Part shown: piece by piece, positions 33,563-49,613 of the stretch
Numbering within the stretch: position 1 is the stretch's first letter
Layout of the letters: every line of letters begins with the position of its first letter
Source: the human T2T-CHM13v2.0 reference genome, Homo sapiens
NCBI RefSeq assembly: GCF_009914755.1
Contig: NC_060930.1
Length of the DNA stretch: 64,000 nucleotides
Reading direction: 5' to 3' (one strand)
The notes under the pieces: generated by a model
The model's database searches: none
What the model was told of the DNA's origin: nothing
Seen by the model: only the letters and a program-made list of their open reading frames with translations
Program-made: the position numbers and the translations under genes

Positions 33563-34417
33563 TCCATACCTGACTTAAACTACTGCAGCTATCTTCTTTT
33601 CCAGCTTCCCTAGTTGTAGACTTTCCCAATCTATAAAGTCCCTGCAACTGGAACCTGTTTTTCCAGCTGGCACACAGATGGCATATTCCTCTTTTTTTCT
33701 TAGCCCCTTGTTATATCACAAATCCAATTAAATGTCTGAACCTAGACTTCTGGAATTAGACTGCCTAATTTCAAATCCTGGCTACAATACTTTGGGATGT
33801 TGGGAAAGTTACTTTTGGCTGCTGAATTTCTTCATCCATAAACCAGAGTTAACAGTATTTACCAAACTGGGCTGTTATAAAATTGAATGATATAATACAT
33901 GAAGACACAGCATGTTAAGTTCTCAAATATTATCTCTAACTGGTCCAAATATTTCCCTCAACTGTGAAAACAACTTTATCATACCCTACCCATCATTTAC
34001 TCACTCCTATACTTTTGACTTACTCATATAGCTTTTTTTATACTGTATATTTCTTATACTTTTTCATCAAGTCCTGTCATTTCTTCTCTTAAAATGCTGC
34101 TCAAGAACAGTAAGAGCTGACCGCACAACAATCTATGCCACAAGTACTAATTTCTCCAATTCTGAAAAGTATTGAAGTACAGGTTAAACAACTTTCTCTT
34201 AAGCATGCAATAGGACAGATTTCTACATTGGAAGTGAGATTAGATTGAGATAAACTCCAAAGTCCCTTCCAATTCTAATATTATATAATTTTAATTTCAG
34301 TTTTTAAATTGACCTGCTGTATGACATGTGTTAAATGAAAATCGTAAGTATATTATACACTGAAGCATTACAACTATGAAGTACTATATAGTAATCTCTA
34401 TTTATTGAAATAGTCTT

Positions 34418-34716
34418 TTTTCTTTTCTTTTTTTTTTTGAGACAGAACCTAGCTCTGTCACCCAGGCTGTAGTGCAGTGGTGCGCAGCTCACTGCAACCT
34501 CTGCCTCCCGGGTTCAAGCGATTCTCCCACCTCAGCCTCCTGAGTAGCTGGGATTACAGGTGCACACCATCACACCAGCTGATTTTTTGTATTTTTAGTA
34601 AAGATGGGGTTTCACCATGTTGGCCAGGCTGGTCGCGAACTCCTGACCTTAAATGATCTGCCTGCTTCAGCCTCCCAAAGTGCTAGGATTACAGGTGTGA
34701 GCCACTACGCCCGGCC
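34418..34716 (-). mobile_element. AluS
   Basis: Full dimer; TSD GAAATAGTCTT. Confidence 0.9.
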
Positions 34717-34814
34717 AGAAATAGTCTTGTTTTAACTTCCAGTCTTGAACATTCCACTAAGTGCTCACATGACCGAGGTGAATTTTTAACAAAAATTGTT
34801 ATTCGTGTTTTTTA

Positions 34815-35117
<303 letters not shown>

Positions 35118-35367
35118 TTAAAAATCATAACATATATAGCAGTTAAAATTAGTTTCTCAGTGAATCTTTTGGTTTTGAAATCAATTTTGTGTTTCCACAA
35201 AACAGTGTAACCAATGTCATCCATTTCCTGAATTGGCAGGAGGCTCATATAAATTTAAACTTTTTGTTTTTTGCTATTTTGTTATTTAAGCATTAAAACA
35301 TTAAATTGAACTATCAAATACTTCCTCAAAGGAACGTTTAGCATTTTATGTGAAACTAAACACTTAC

Positions 35368-35423
35368 CTATGATGGTAGAACGCAAATGTCCAACATGAA
35401 ATTTTTTGGCAACATTAGGTGAA
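35368..35423 (-). CDS. RARS2: RARS2 exon 6 (56 nt): [18 protein letters not shown](G), carrying the HIGH motif
   Basis: ttttgcag|TTCACC ... TAG|gtaagt; HVGH is the class I aaRS HIGH signature. Confidence 0.98.
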
Positions 35424-35709
35424 CTGCAAAAAAAATGGGAAACATTTCTCTATTCTAAGACTTAAGACTTCTAAGAATCAACTAGGTCATGCCTCCATAC
35501 TTTGACAAAACTGTGGAGTATGGCCTTTGGTATTAGGGCAAAGATAAGTTAAAAGTTAAAAATTTAGAGCAAAGATAAATTAGAACTCGAAATTTTGACA
35601 TTGTGTTAATGAAATTGATCTTGTGACTCCTGAAGTAATAGCATTCACGTAAGTGGTATCTGCTAGTATTTACTGTATCAGAAATCAAAATTTAAAAATG
35701 TAAAAATAC

Positions 35710-36343
<634 letters not shown>

Positions 36344-36619
36344 CATGTAAAAATATTTATGCATAAAACCTCCCAGAACAATCAGAATGTGGCTCACCAC
36401 TCCAAATTCCCAATCAACACATTTATCACTCCCGTGTGTGCTCAAGAAGTTGTAATCAATCATTTAACATAGCAAATGCTTCTAGAGCACTCACTACCTG
36501 ACAGGCACAGCTTCACACACTTCATGGGCATTAACTCATTTAATACTCATATGTGCTTTTATCTTTTATTTTACAGATGAGGGAACTGGGACAACGAAGA
36601 GAGATGATGAAGCAAATAT

Positions 36620-37500
36620 GGCAATATCTTGATGACTCTTGAATATGTGTAATGAACATATGGGGGTTAATTATACTGTTCCCTGTTTTGTGCATGTTTG
36701 AAAATCTCATAAGTTTTTCAATATTTAAAAAAAGATAAATTAACTTGAACATAGCTGGTTAAAAGTGGTAAAACTAGAGTTTAAATTCTGGTCTGTCTCC
36801 AAAGTCTTGTTATACACCCTTAAGGGTACTACGATTTAAAAACTTGATCCTATGGATATGTGTGCACAATTATGAAATTATGAAACTACACACGTATTTA
36901 TTTAATCATTGTTTAGAAAGAAAGTAAATGTCATCTTAAAGGCTTAAAAAAAAACCTTCCATTTCCAGCCAAAAGAAGATTGGATTTACTCTTCTGCCTT
37001 TAAATAATCAGAAAGCCAGAAAAATAGATGAAACACTGATTTTATGAATCTGGACAATAGTCAGTGAAGGACTGTGATGTCTGAGAGAAGAGCAAACAAG
37101 GGGAGTCCTAGCGCTGCACCACATTGCTGCCTTACTAGTACATTTGTTGGATGTAGCTAAAGCAGAAAAATCTACAACATGAAATGTTTATATTAGAAAA
37201 AAGGTTTTAAATCAATAATCTGAGCTTCTCCTTTAAGAAACTAGAAAAAGTAGAGCAAACTAAATCCAAAGCAAGCAGAATAAAAGAAAATAATACAGAT
37301 AAAAGTAAAGCAAAAAAAATCAATAGAAATAAAAAACCCCAGAAAAACAGCTCTATATAATTGTGGAGGTAGTTACACAACTTGCATATCTTTGCCAAAA
37401 CTCATCAAATTATATGTTTAAATATGGTGAAATTATATGTTTAAATAAGTATTGTATGTACTTATCCCTCAATGAAGCCGATTTAAGAAAAAAAAAAAAA
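36620..37500 (+). mobile_element. Old L1M fragments
   Basis: L1-like text (ttaagaaactagaaaaagtagagcaaactaaatccaaagcaagcagaa). Confidence 0.6.
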
Positions 37501-38120
37501 AAGAATAGAATACAATGGAACAATAAAAATAATAAGCCAGCCCTGGATGCATTCATATTAAAGGAACATAAAATACATTATTTAAGAAAAAAAAAAAAGC
37601 AAGAAGTGAAAACAATGTAAAATATGTATAGTCTGTTTACAAATGCATAGAACATCTCTAGGAGGGTGAATAAAACACTGATATTCGGATTAATAGATAC
37701 CCACAGAGGAAACTGAGATGGGGAAGAGCTTTCCTTTTCATTAAATATCTCTTTGTAATCTCTGAATTTTTAAAAAACTAGGTATTTATAATGTCTGTTA
37801 AGAAAAACAAAAACAAAAACAAAAACAAAAAAAAACTTTCACAGAGCTTTCCATTTTCCCTCCGGTATTAGAAAAATTGAATCTATCCAGGTCTTCAAGT
37901 TTTGACAAAATGTCCCTTGAAATCAACAATTTGCTTCTCTCTGATACCATATTTCTACTGAGAAGGGAATACAATGAAATGGAAGATACAAATTCAATTC
38001 TTTTGGCAACTGAAGTAGCTATTATGAATTATAATTTGGGCATCTTACTGGGACTTTTGTTAAATTACTTCATGTAATTTCCTTAATTTTTGTTAAGAAG
38101 GGACAGATAACATCACTCTT

Positions 38121-38429
38121 GGCCGGGCATGGTCGCTCACGTCTATAATACCAGCATTTTGGGAGGCCGAGCTGGGTGGATCACTTGAAGTCAGGAGTTT
38201 GAGACCAGCCTGACCAACATGGTGAAATCCTGTCTCTATTAAAAATAGAAAAATTAGCTGGGCGTGGTGGTGCATGCCTGTAGTCCAGCTACTCTACTGG
38301 GGAGGCTGAGGCAGGAGAATTGCTTGAACCGGGGAGGCAGAGGCTGCAATGAATCATGCCACTGCACTCCAGCCTGAGCGAGACAGCAAGACTCCGTCTC
38401 AACAAAAAAAAAAAAAAAAAAAAAAAAAA
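38121..38429 (+). mobile_element. AluS
   Basis: Full dimer plus long A tail. Confidence 0.9.
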
Positions 38430-39779
38430 GATTACTCTTATTTTCCAGATAAGAGGCCAGAGAAATAAACTGTCCCATTCAAGATCACTGAGCCAGTTAC
38501 TAACAGTCAGAACTGCTACCCTGACCTCCACAATTCTCATTTTACCAGCCAGAGGTCTCCAATCTGTTTTGCGAGAAGAGTGTCTCACACTTGGGAACAG
38601 CAGGAGTTGGGGAAAATCATGTTGAGAAAAGAAAAGAAAAGGCTACCACTGCTTCCCATGATCTTACAGAGCTGATTTGTACAAAATAGGAGAGGCTGAC
38701 TAGAGAGAGATTAGAGAGGAAACAGTAATTAGCTTCAAGTCTTACACCATCTACCACGAGGAGTCCAAATCTATGATGGACAGCCATTTATCCTGTACTT
38801 TATCACACTGCTCCTAAATCAGACAAAATATATGACAACCTACACTACGTACCAGGGAGGCAGTAAAAGTTAAGTATACAGGTTTCAGAATCAAGAGTTA
38901 GCTCTGTGAACCTGGGCAAGTTACTTAATCTAGTATTATCATAATCAACTCAATTTAGGGAGAAAGTTTCTTGAGCACAGTGGTATCTCTTGTTTTCTGG
39001 GGAATGTTGCTTGGTCTGTTCAGGATACTACATATTTTAAAAATTCTCTTCTCCCACCTCTCTCATTTTCAGAAGAAATCCAAGAACAATCTTCCTGTCC
39101 CTACCTATTTTGTCTCTACTTTGAAATCACAACAGCAAGAACTATAGCACCTGGAAAACCTCTAAGGGAGAGAGAAGCAATGGTCTCACAACAATGCCAC
39201 ATGTGAACTGTCAGAGGCAAAGATGGCTGCTAGGAGATAGACAGGCTCTGCCTTCACCAGCATTCAGACACTCATTTAAATTCCAGCTTTCCTTAACTGC
39301 TTTAGAAAAAAGCTAAGAGAGGTAAATCCATAAGCAAATTAACTGCCATACAAAAAGCCTACAGAATACAACTCACATAGAACAGGTTATTTTTAGATAT
39401 TTTTTAAAAGCATAAAAAAAAGGAGCAGTATATGGGAAACCAAAACTTAAGAGGAAAGCCAGGGAATCAATGAGTAAGGAAGACTGAAGCCACAGTATTT
39501 CTAGAGCTTAGCTGGAGTAAAAAGATGGTGAAGCTGAAAAAAAAAATGCAAAAGAAGGTAAGTAATGGTGGCAACTTTTCAAATTTTAGGAAACTTTATA
39601 ATGGCATTATTTCAAGGATGAATGTACGGTAACAGGTAATATATTACCTCCCTGCTGATTTTCCTTTATTTGCCAGTTAGGTAATTGAAAGGGGTTTAAG
39701 AGTAATATGGTAATGAAGTGCCTCCCCAGTGAAGAAAGCAGTATGTCCTTTAATTTAAAGACATGAATGAAAATAATCA

Positions 39780-40475
39780 AAGATGACCACAAATTCTTTG
39801 CTTCTCTCACCATTAAGAGATGTACTCTATTTTTCTTCCCTTGAATCTGGGGTGATCTTGTGACTTGCTTTCATCAGCAGAAAGTGACAAAAATGATGCT
39901 GTGCCTGTTTCAAGACTAGATGATTTCACTATCTTAGAGCCTTGAGTACCTTTGTAAAGAGGTCTTGCTACCCTGCGGGAGAGACAATGTGGTGGGAGAG
40001 AGAGAGATGCCTGGCTAGAGAAGTAAAGAGCCATTTTTGATTTGTAGCCCCACTAGTCTCTAGATGACCGCAGTTACATAAGTGACCTCAGGCAAGTAGA
40101 AGAACCACTGGCCTGAAATACCCCTCTCTCCCCATTTCCTAATCCATGGTGTCATAAGTACCAAAATGGATGTTGTTTTAAAACACTAATCAGAAGCTGG
40201 CATTTTTTTTTCTTGAAGAGCCAGAGAGTAAATATTTTAATAGGCTTTTGGGCCATCTGATCTGTCGCAACTATTCAACTCAGCTCTACTGTGTTCAACT
40301 GCCATTGCAATATGAAAGCAGCCAATGTAGATGATGTAAACAAATGTGCATGGCTGTGTTCCAACAAAACTTTATTTGCAAAAACAAGCGGCAAACTGGA
40401 TGTTGCCTATGGGCTTAGGTTTAACAATCCCTACACTAAGGTTTGCAGTGGTTTCTTATTCAAGTGGAGATAAAG
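39780..40475 (+). mobile_element. MLT1-type MaLR LTR split by MER58
   Basis: cccttgaatctgggg...tgtgacttgcttt; the 3' motif tgttgttttaa...cactaag...gtggttt resumes after the MER58. Confidence 0.65.
40191..40432 (+). mobile_element. MER58A (hAT-Charlie)
   Basis: agccagagagtaaatatttta..., tggctgtgttccaacaaaactttatttgcaaaaaca; 8-bp TSD ACACTAAT/ACACTAAG. Confidence 0.85.
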
Positions 40476-41248
40476 CAGGCAAATTTCCTTAGGAGATGGC
40501 CTTAGTGTAGTTCCTCTCTAGTGTGAAGATGACTGTAGGAATCCCTCTACTCTTTGTGATGCAACAAATATTTAAACTCAACTTTAAAAATCATAATTGT
40601 GGTGTACTGGCAGTTTTAGAGTCATTCATAATATGTGTCTACTCCATAGGAGTAGAAGCTTAATCAGTAATTGGTCCTTATTACAAATTCATGAGTTTGC
40701 TCTTAGAGGGTCTGCCTTCTTTAAGAAGACAAGTGAGTGGCAGACGGTACACATGCATAAAACCCGCTCTTTCTCTGATTGTCCAGGAGCTAATCATAAC
40801 TAAGTTTAAAAGCTATTAAACTGCAATAATGAGTTAGTAAACATGAGATAATACTTCCCATATCAATTTTTAAAAATCTTCCACAGACATAAATACTTAA
40901 TAAGACAAAAGGCTCTTAGCAAGTTCTATCTTTCTAAGTAGAAAAACAGTCCATCAAGACTGTTCTTCAGCTTTAGGAAGACAAATGCAACATCTCTGAT
41001 AATTTCCTAGGGTTGTCAATCTGTCGGCTGTACAATGAAAGTATTAGTTCTTAGTGTTCCCTTTTCTCTCTTGGTTACCTCTAACAGTCCAAATATCAGA
41101 CAGTTATACTGACAGCACGTTAGAAAGTTATGAAGACTATTTAGAGGCACATCAAAACTTCAAGCTATTTTTCTGGTAATTAAAAAAAATACATTTATTA
41201 CAAATACTAAAAGACTTGTTTCTCTGGTAATCAAATTACTTAAAAAAA

Positions 41249-41532
41249 TTTTTTTTGACACAGGGTCTTGGTGTGTCTTACCAGAGCTAGAGTGCATGAC
41301 AATCACAGCTCACTGTAACCTTGAATTCCTAGGCTCAAGCCATCTTTCCTCCTCAGCTTCCCAAGTAGCTGTCACTACAGGAGTGTGCCACCATGCACAA
41401 CTAATTTTTCTATTTTTTTTAAGAGGCGAGGTCTGCGTTGCCCAGGCTGGTCTCGAACTCTTGGCCTCAAGTGATCCTCCCACCTTGCCTTCCAAAGTGC
41501 TAGGATTACAGGCTGAGCCACCATGTCTGGCC
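41249..41532 (-). mobile_element. AluJ
   Basis: Diverged full dimer. Confidence 0.85.
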
Positions 41533-41599
41533 ACTTTAAAATTCCTAATATGGTAGTAACCATTACCTCTGCCTTAACAGTCTATTAAAGTAAATAACT

Positions 41600-41884
41600 A
41601 GTCAGGCACAGTGGCTCACGCCTGTAATCCCAGCACTTTTTGGGAGGCTGAGATGGGCAGATCACGAGGTCAGGAGATGGAGACCATCCTGGCTAACACA
41701 GTGAAACCCTGTCTCTACTAAAAATCCAAAAAAAATTAGCCAGGTATGGTGGCGGGCGCCTGTAGTCCCAGCTACTCAGGAGGCTGAGGCAGGAGAATGG
41801 CGTGAACCCAGGAGGTGGAGCTTGCAGTGAGCTGAGATCTCGCCACTCCAGCCTGGGCGACAGAGTGAGACTCCGTCTCAAAAA

Positions 41885-41924
<40 letters not shown>
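41600..41924 (+). mobile_element. AluY-like with (TAAA)n tail
   Basis: gagaatggcgtgaaccc; TSD TAAAGTRAATAACTA. Confidence 0.9.
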
Positions 41925-41927
<3 letters not shown>

Positions 41928-42187
41928 AGTGAATAACTAGTTCTTCCAAAAAAGTAATTGTTAATACTTAAAAAAATAATAATTATTAGACATTTTTGGA
42001 GGTCCAAAAATATATTTTTTATTCACAGTTCAATGATTGATTCACTGTGATTTCAAGAAATAACATAATTGCACTGGTTTTCAAGTTTTCCACATGTTAT
42101 TTATTAAGACCCCCAAATAATGATGGTAATAACACTCCTCTGCCCAGTCAACTTGATTAAGCAACACATAAAAGGGGTGCACCCTCA

Positions 42188-42322
<135 letters not shown>

Positions 42323-42474
42323 TTACAATGCTTTTAATTACTCTGTTACTGAGAATTAAATGTTGCCAATTTGTTCACTCTAATTTATGGAACTGAGAAT
42401 TTCTTAGCATCCTCAGTGGCACTACCTCCAGCACCACTTTTCTTGTTACTAATGCTAGTCATAGTAGTAACATG

Positions 42475-42790
42475 AGTTAACATTTACAAGGGTTCTGTGC
42501 CCTTTTATACTCCATGTCTATTCATTCTTACAGTAACCAGTTATGTAGGTATTTTACAGAGAAGGAAACTGAAGCTTGGTGAAGTAAAGTAACAACCAAA
42601 AGTCCCACAGTAAATATTAACAACAAAACCAGAAGCACCATTTAACACTTATTGAGTTCATACTATGTGCCAGCCACTGTTCCAAGCATTTTATATGCAT
42701 TAACTTACTTACTCCTCACGACAGCCATAGAGGTAAGAACTATTTTAACAAAGAAAGAAAAGTACTGAGGGATTAAATAGTGCAGAAAAG
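42475..42790. mobile_element. MIR fragments
   Basis: attttacagagaaggaaactgaagct; cttattgagttcatactatgtgccag. Confidence 0.6.
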
Positions 42791-43082
42791 AACTTTTCCA
42801 CTTCACAGTTAACCTGTTAACTGCTGCATGCTGCTGCAGCTTTTGTGATATTAAAGACCACAAGCAATGGTAGGAAAAAGACAAAAATGTATAATGCCTA
42901 TTGGCTACACAAGTGAGAAACAAGGAAATCCCACAGAAACTTCCCAAACATATTCCAGGTTAGTTTTTAGTTATTAACATAGAACTATGATATATAGTTC
43001 ACAAAATTCATATTTTATGTTAATGGTGATGAACTTTTGTTTACTCATATTAGTTGGTTTTGTTTCCCTAACTGCATCTATA

Positions 43083-43734
<652 letters not shown>

Positions 43735-44669
43735 CCAAAATGCATCTTGAGTCTTAAAAATGTGGTTTATGTTGTGAAAAATTTTATTATTAAAGAGTTG
43801 GTTAAAATGGTCTCTAAATGGAACAGGCAGAGAAGGGAGCAGCAGCCAGTACATAACAATCGACATTTAAGAAGCATAAAGTGCTAGGTCCAAGACCAAG
43901 TGCTCCTACAGTACCCGTTGTCTTTAAGCCTCATAATCTTAAAGATGGGCAACATTTCCCATTTAATGGATGCAAAAACTAAGGTTCAGAAATAGTATGT
44001 ATGTGCACAAGGACGTAGAGAAAATAATACTCTCTTGACTCACATTGTGCAATAAGAAACACATAAAGGATTAATACAATATATAGACAGTATACAGAAT
44101 AGTGTCTGTCGTAAACTAGGGTCCCAGTATTATTAGTCCAAGAATATATATGACAAGAACACATCAGTAAGAAGAAATCCAGATTCAGATTATTCTAAGT
44201 TGAAAGTCTACAAATCTTTCCCACTTCTTCTCCTTTTTATGTAATGAATGGCAGACTCCACAACAGTTAATCGTAGTAAGTTAGAATTCTCTTTAACAAT
44301 AACCCTCTATCTACTGATTTATCTGGCACAAACAACAAAAAGGCAACATTAATAATTTTTAAAAAATTGATCATTTAAGATAAGGCTGAAGTCCCTTTCG
44401 ATCATCTGTCCTTATCCTAATTCCTTCCCTCCTTCCTCAGGAGTAAACACTTTTCAAACATCATCTTACCTGGTGACTACTCCCTTCTTGCAACTATCCT
44501 CTTTCCTTGGTTGTAAAGACACAATTCTCTCTCAACTTTTGCTTCTCAATTTCCTTTGTAGGCTCTTCTTCCACCATCTGCCCTTGACTCTGCACTCTGT
44601 GCTCCATTCTTGCTTCTAGCTTTTTATTTTACACTTTTAGGTGACTTAAACCACTCCCTTAAGATTTCA

Positions 44670-44976
<307 letters not shown>

Positions 44977-45303
44977 AAGACTTCAAATACTAATTACTTA
45001 ATCTCTCTATTGCTACAGACTGGATATGCTTTTCAGGCATTTCACAGAAAATACACTTGTTCTTCCATCTACACTGTCTATTTCCACAAACTGCACTACC
45101 ACTCACCCAACTAACCTACTCAGAAACCTAGGAGTCCCTAACACTTAACCTTATTCCCTCAACCTCTGTAATCAATCACCTGTTAATCACTGGGCCCTGT
45201 GTGTGTTATCTCCTAAATATCATTACAGTTATTTAATAACTGGTTCCTCTGCCCTGGTTTAGGCCCTCATCTGTCAGCTATACCACTGCAAAAACAACAC
45301 CTA

Positions 45304-46908
45304 CAGTAATGCACCAAGTAACAATGTGTCAGTCAATGATGAACCACATATACACAATGGTGGTCCCATTAAGACTATAATGGAGCTGAAAAATTCTTAT
45401 CACTCAGCAATGTTGCAGCAGGTCATAATGCCTAGTGCAATGCATTACTCACATGTTTGTGGTAACACTGATGTAAACAAACCTACTAGGCTAGGCTGCC
45501 AGTCAAATAAAAGTATAGCACATACAATTATGTACATCATGATACTTGATAATAATAAAGGACTGTACTGATTTATGTATTTAACCTACTATATTTAAAA
45601 TCATAATTTTAAAGTGTACTCCTTATACTTATTAAAAACAATTAACTGTAAAAGTGCCTCAGGCAGGTCCTTCAGGAGATACTCCAGAAGGCACTGTCAT
45701 CATAGGAGATGACAGCTTCATGTGTGTTACTGCCCCTGAAGACTTTCCAGTGGGACAAGATGTGGAGGTGAAGACAGTGATATTGATGATCCTGACCCTG
45801 TGTAGGCTAAGGCTAATGTGTTTGTGTCTTGGCTTTTAACAAAAAAGTCTAAAAAGTAAATTAAAAAATTAGAAAAAGCTTACAGAATAAGGATATATTT
45901 TTGTACAATTGTATAATGTGCTTGTTTTAAGCTGTTATTACAAAACAGCTGAAAAGTTAAACAAGCTGAGATATAAAGAAAAATAAATAGAAGAAAAAAG
46001 TTTAAAAAATGAAAAGTTTATAAAATAAAAATGTTACAGTCAGCTAAGGTTAATTTATCATTGAAGAAAGAAAAATATTTATTTTTTAGAGACAGGGTCT
46101 CTAGCCAGGCATGGTGGCGGGCACCTATAATCCCAGCTACTTGGGAGGCTGAGGCAGGAGAATCGCTTGAACCTGGGGGGCGGAGGTGGGAGCTGAGGCT
46201 GTGCCATTGCACTCCAGCCTGGGCAACAAGAGTGAAACTCTGTCTCAAAAAAAAAAAAAAAAAAAAAAAAAAAGAGACAGGGTCTTGCTGTGTCACCCAG
46301 GCTGGAGTACAGCAGTGTGATCCTGTACAGCAGTGTTATCCTAGTTCATTGCAGCCCTAACACTCCTGGGCTCAAGTGATTCTCCTGCCTCAGCCTCTCA
46401 AAGTGCTGGAATTACAGGCGTGAGCCACCATGTCCAGGCAAGAAAAATATTTTTTAATTTTTATTATTTTATTCTGAAGTTATGATACAAGGAAAAATAT
46501 TTTTTTATAAACCCATTGTAACCTAAGTGTACCATGTTTATAATGTCTACAGTAGTGTAATGTCCTAGGCCTTCACATGCACTCACCACTCACTCACCCA
46601 GAGCAACTTCCAGTCCTGCAAGCTCCATTCATGGTAAATACAGGTATAGCATCTTTTATATTTAATACCATATTTTTACTGTACCCTTCCTATGTTTAGA
46701 CATGTTAAGATACAAATACCACTGTGTCACAATTGCACAAATACAGTATTTGGTATTTTACATGATGCACAAGTTTATGGCCTAGGTCCGTGTAGTCGGT
46801 TTTATCATCTAGGTTTGTGTAAGTACACTCTATGATGTCCCATAATAACAAAACCACCTATGGACACATTTCTATGAATGTATCCCATTGTTAAGCAACA
46901 CACGACTA
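45304..46908. mobile_element. Tigger3-family (TcMar) non-autonomous DNA transposon with nested Alus at about 46080-46439
   Basis: ta|CAGTAATGCACCAAGTAACAATG start and CATTGTTAAGCAACACACGACTA|ta end (degenerate TIRs, TA flanks); internal ggtccttcaggagatactccagaaggc. Confidence 0.8.
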
Positions 46909-47398
46909 TATAACAAAACAATAACACCTAATTATCTTTTTACATAGCACAAACATTTAATCAAGTCTGTTTTATTTAAACCCTTCAATGATTTGAACGG
47001 TTTAAGAGATTTTTAAATTTAACTTTTTCTTTTACTTTTGGTTAAACATGCAAAGTTTAATTTGGCAAATTAAAAAGCGTGAAATAAAATGATGTTATCC
47101 ATTGTGTATTTCTGAAGCATCCCTAAGAAAACAGGGTTTTGTTTGAATTTTTCCTATTTGGTTGAGATCATACTTTCTTTTTTCCCTTTTAACAATTAAA
47201 TATTATTTGAAGTTACAGTTTCTCTTGAAAGTACTGCAAGCTACTGACAGGTAGAAGTTTGGTACCAAAGTGACAGTTCTTTGCAATGTCATTATGGTTA
47301 TTTCTCAAACAAAGATATATTAATTCTTTGTTGGTCCTAACAAGAATCGAATTTTTTTTCTTGATGTGATCTGAAAAATCCATTAAATATGCAAATGA

Positions 47399-47678
<280 letters not shown>

Positions 47679-47714
47679 ACCATGCAAATGACCATCATCT
47701 GAGACCTAAAACTT

Positions 47715-47885
47715 ATGGTGTAAACCAACTTACTGCACTGCCAGTTGTATAAAAGTATAGCACATACAATTATGTACAGTACATAATACTTCATTATAAA
47801 TGACTATGTTAGTGATTTATATATTTACTTTTAATCATTATTTTAGAGTATTATCCTACTTATTAAAAAATGGACTGTAAAACAG
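47715..47885. mobile_element. Tigger3-family fragment
   Basis: aaaagtatagcacatacaattatgtaca is shared with the element near 45510. Confidence 0.7.
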
Positions 47886-47939
47886 TTAAAATTATAAAAC
47901 TAGAGATCCAATACGTGAGAAAAACAGATGCTATAAGCT

Positions 47940-48358
47940 TGAGAAAAGAAAAATAGCTCAGAGTAGTCTCAGCTATGTGAGGTATGCAGGCCCAGAAAGA
48001 CATGCATATCAGACATCAGTTATGCACAAACTCTTCCTCCTATGGGTGGGGGCAATTGTTTTATGTGATTTTGTTCCCAACTAGCTGCCTCACACATTAT
48101 CTTCATGTTACTGGCATTTGTGACACAAAGAAAAATATACAGCCTATCAATAGCTTACATTATTTTAATGTAAATTCTGGTTAACAACTCAAACTCCCTC
48201 TTCTTTCCCTTTAAAAATCCACTTGTAACTGCTGCCTATCAAAGGGTATATTCACGGCAACTTGAATCTGTGCTCCTCAGCTGCAATCCTCAAGCCTGGC
48301 CCAAGTAAACTCTCTACTTATATTAATTTTGCCTCAGTTTCCTCCTTTTAGGTTGACA
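47940..48358 (+). mobile_element. Solo ERV LTR, family unresolved
   Basis: TGAGAAAAG...TTTAGGTTGACA (TG..CA termini) with an LTR-type 3' end (caagcctggcccaagtaaactctctactt). Confidence 0.65.
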
Positions 48359-48736
48359 GCCAAATGTAGAATACATTAAATTTTCAGTAAAGAAGAATTA
48401 TCATTAAAATTGTAACACAAAGCAGAGGTACATTCAATAGTCTTTTTCTGAACATGAGTGCTCACTGCTCCAGGATCTGATTTTACTGTGACACTGAGCA
48501 GGGCAACTGTAAGCAGTCCGCTTGCTCCTTTATTCAAATTCTCACTAAGATTCAGATCCTCAAGGCTGCAATACGGAAGAATTCCCATGTGAGAAAGAGT
48601 AGTTGGACTTCAAAGCCCTGACTCTTGTCCCTTCAATGTCAATTGAGAAGGATTTGGGAATATTTTTAATAAGTGAGCTAATGGGTATCCTTAAATCAGA
48701 AAAATTCTTTAGTTTGTTAATTGCAATAAAGCTTGA

Positions 48737-49250
<514 letters not shown>

Positions 49251-49472
49251 CAGTGCTATGAGAGCATATAAATGAAGGGGTCAGAAAGCTACTGCCAAAG
49301 AAATATCAAGATTTAAAGGATGAGTAGGTGTTAACTTGGGGTGGTACTCTCCAAGTTATGGATCAGTATGTGCAAAGGTTTTGAGGCCAGAGGAGGCATA
49401 AAGAATTTAAAAACTGGAGGAAGACCACTGTGGCTGAAGCAGACAGAATGAAAGCACAATGGCTGGATATTA

Positions 49473-49613
<141 letters not shown>

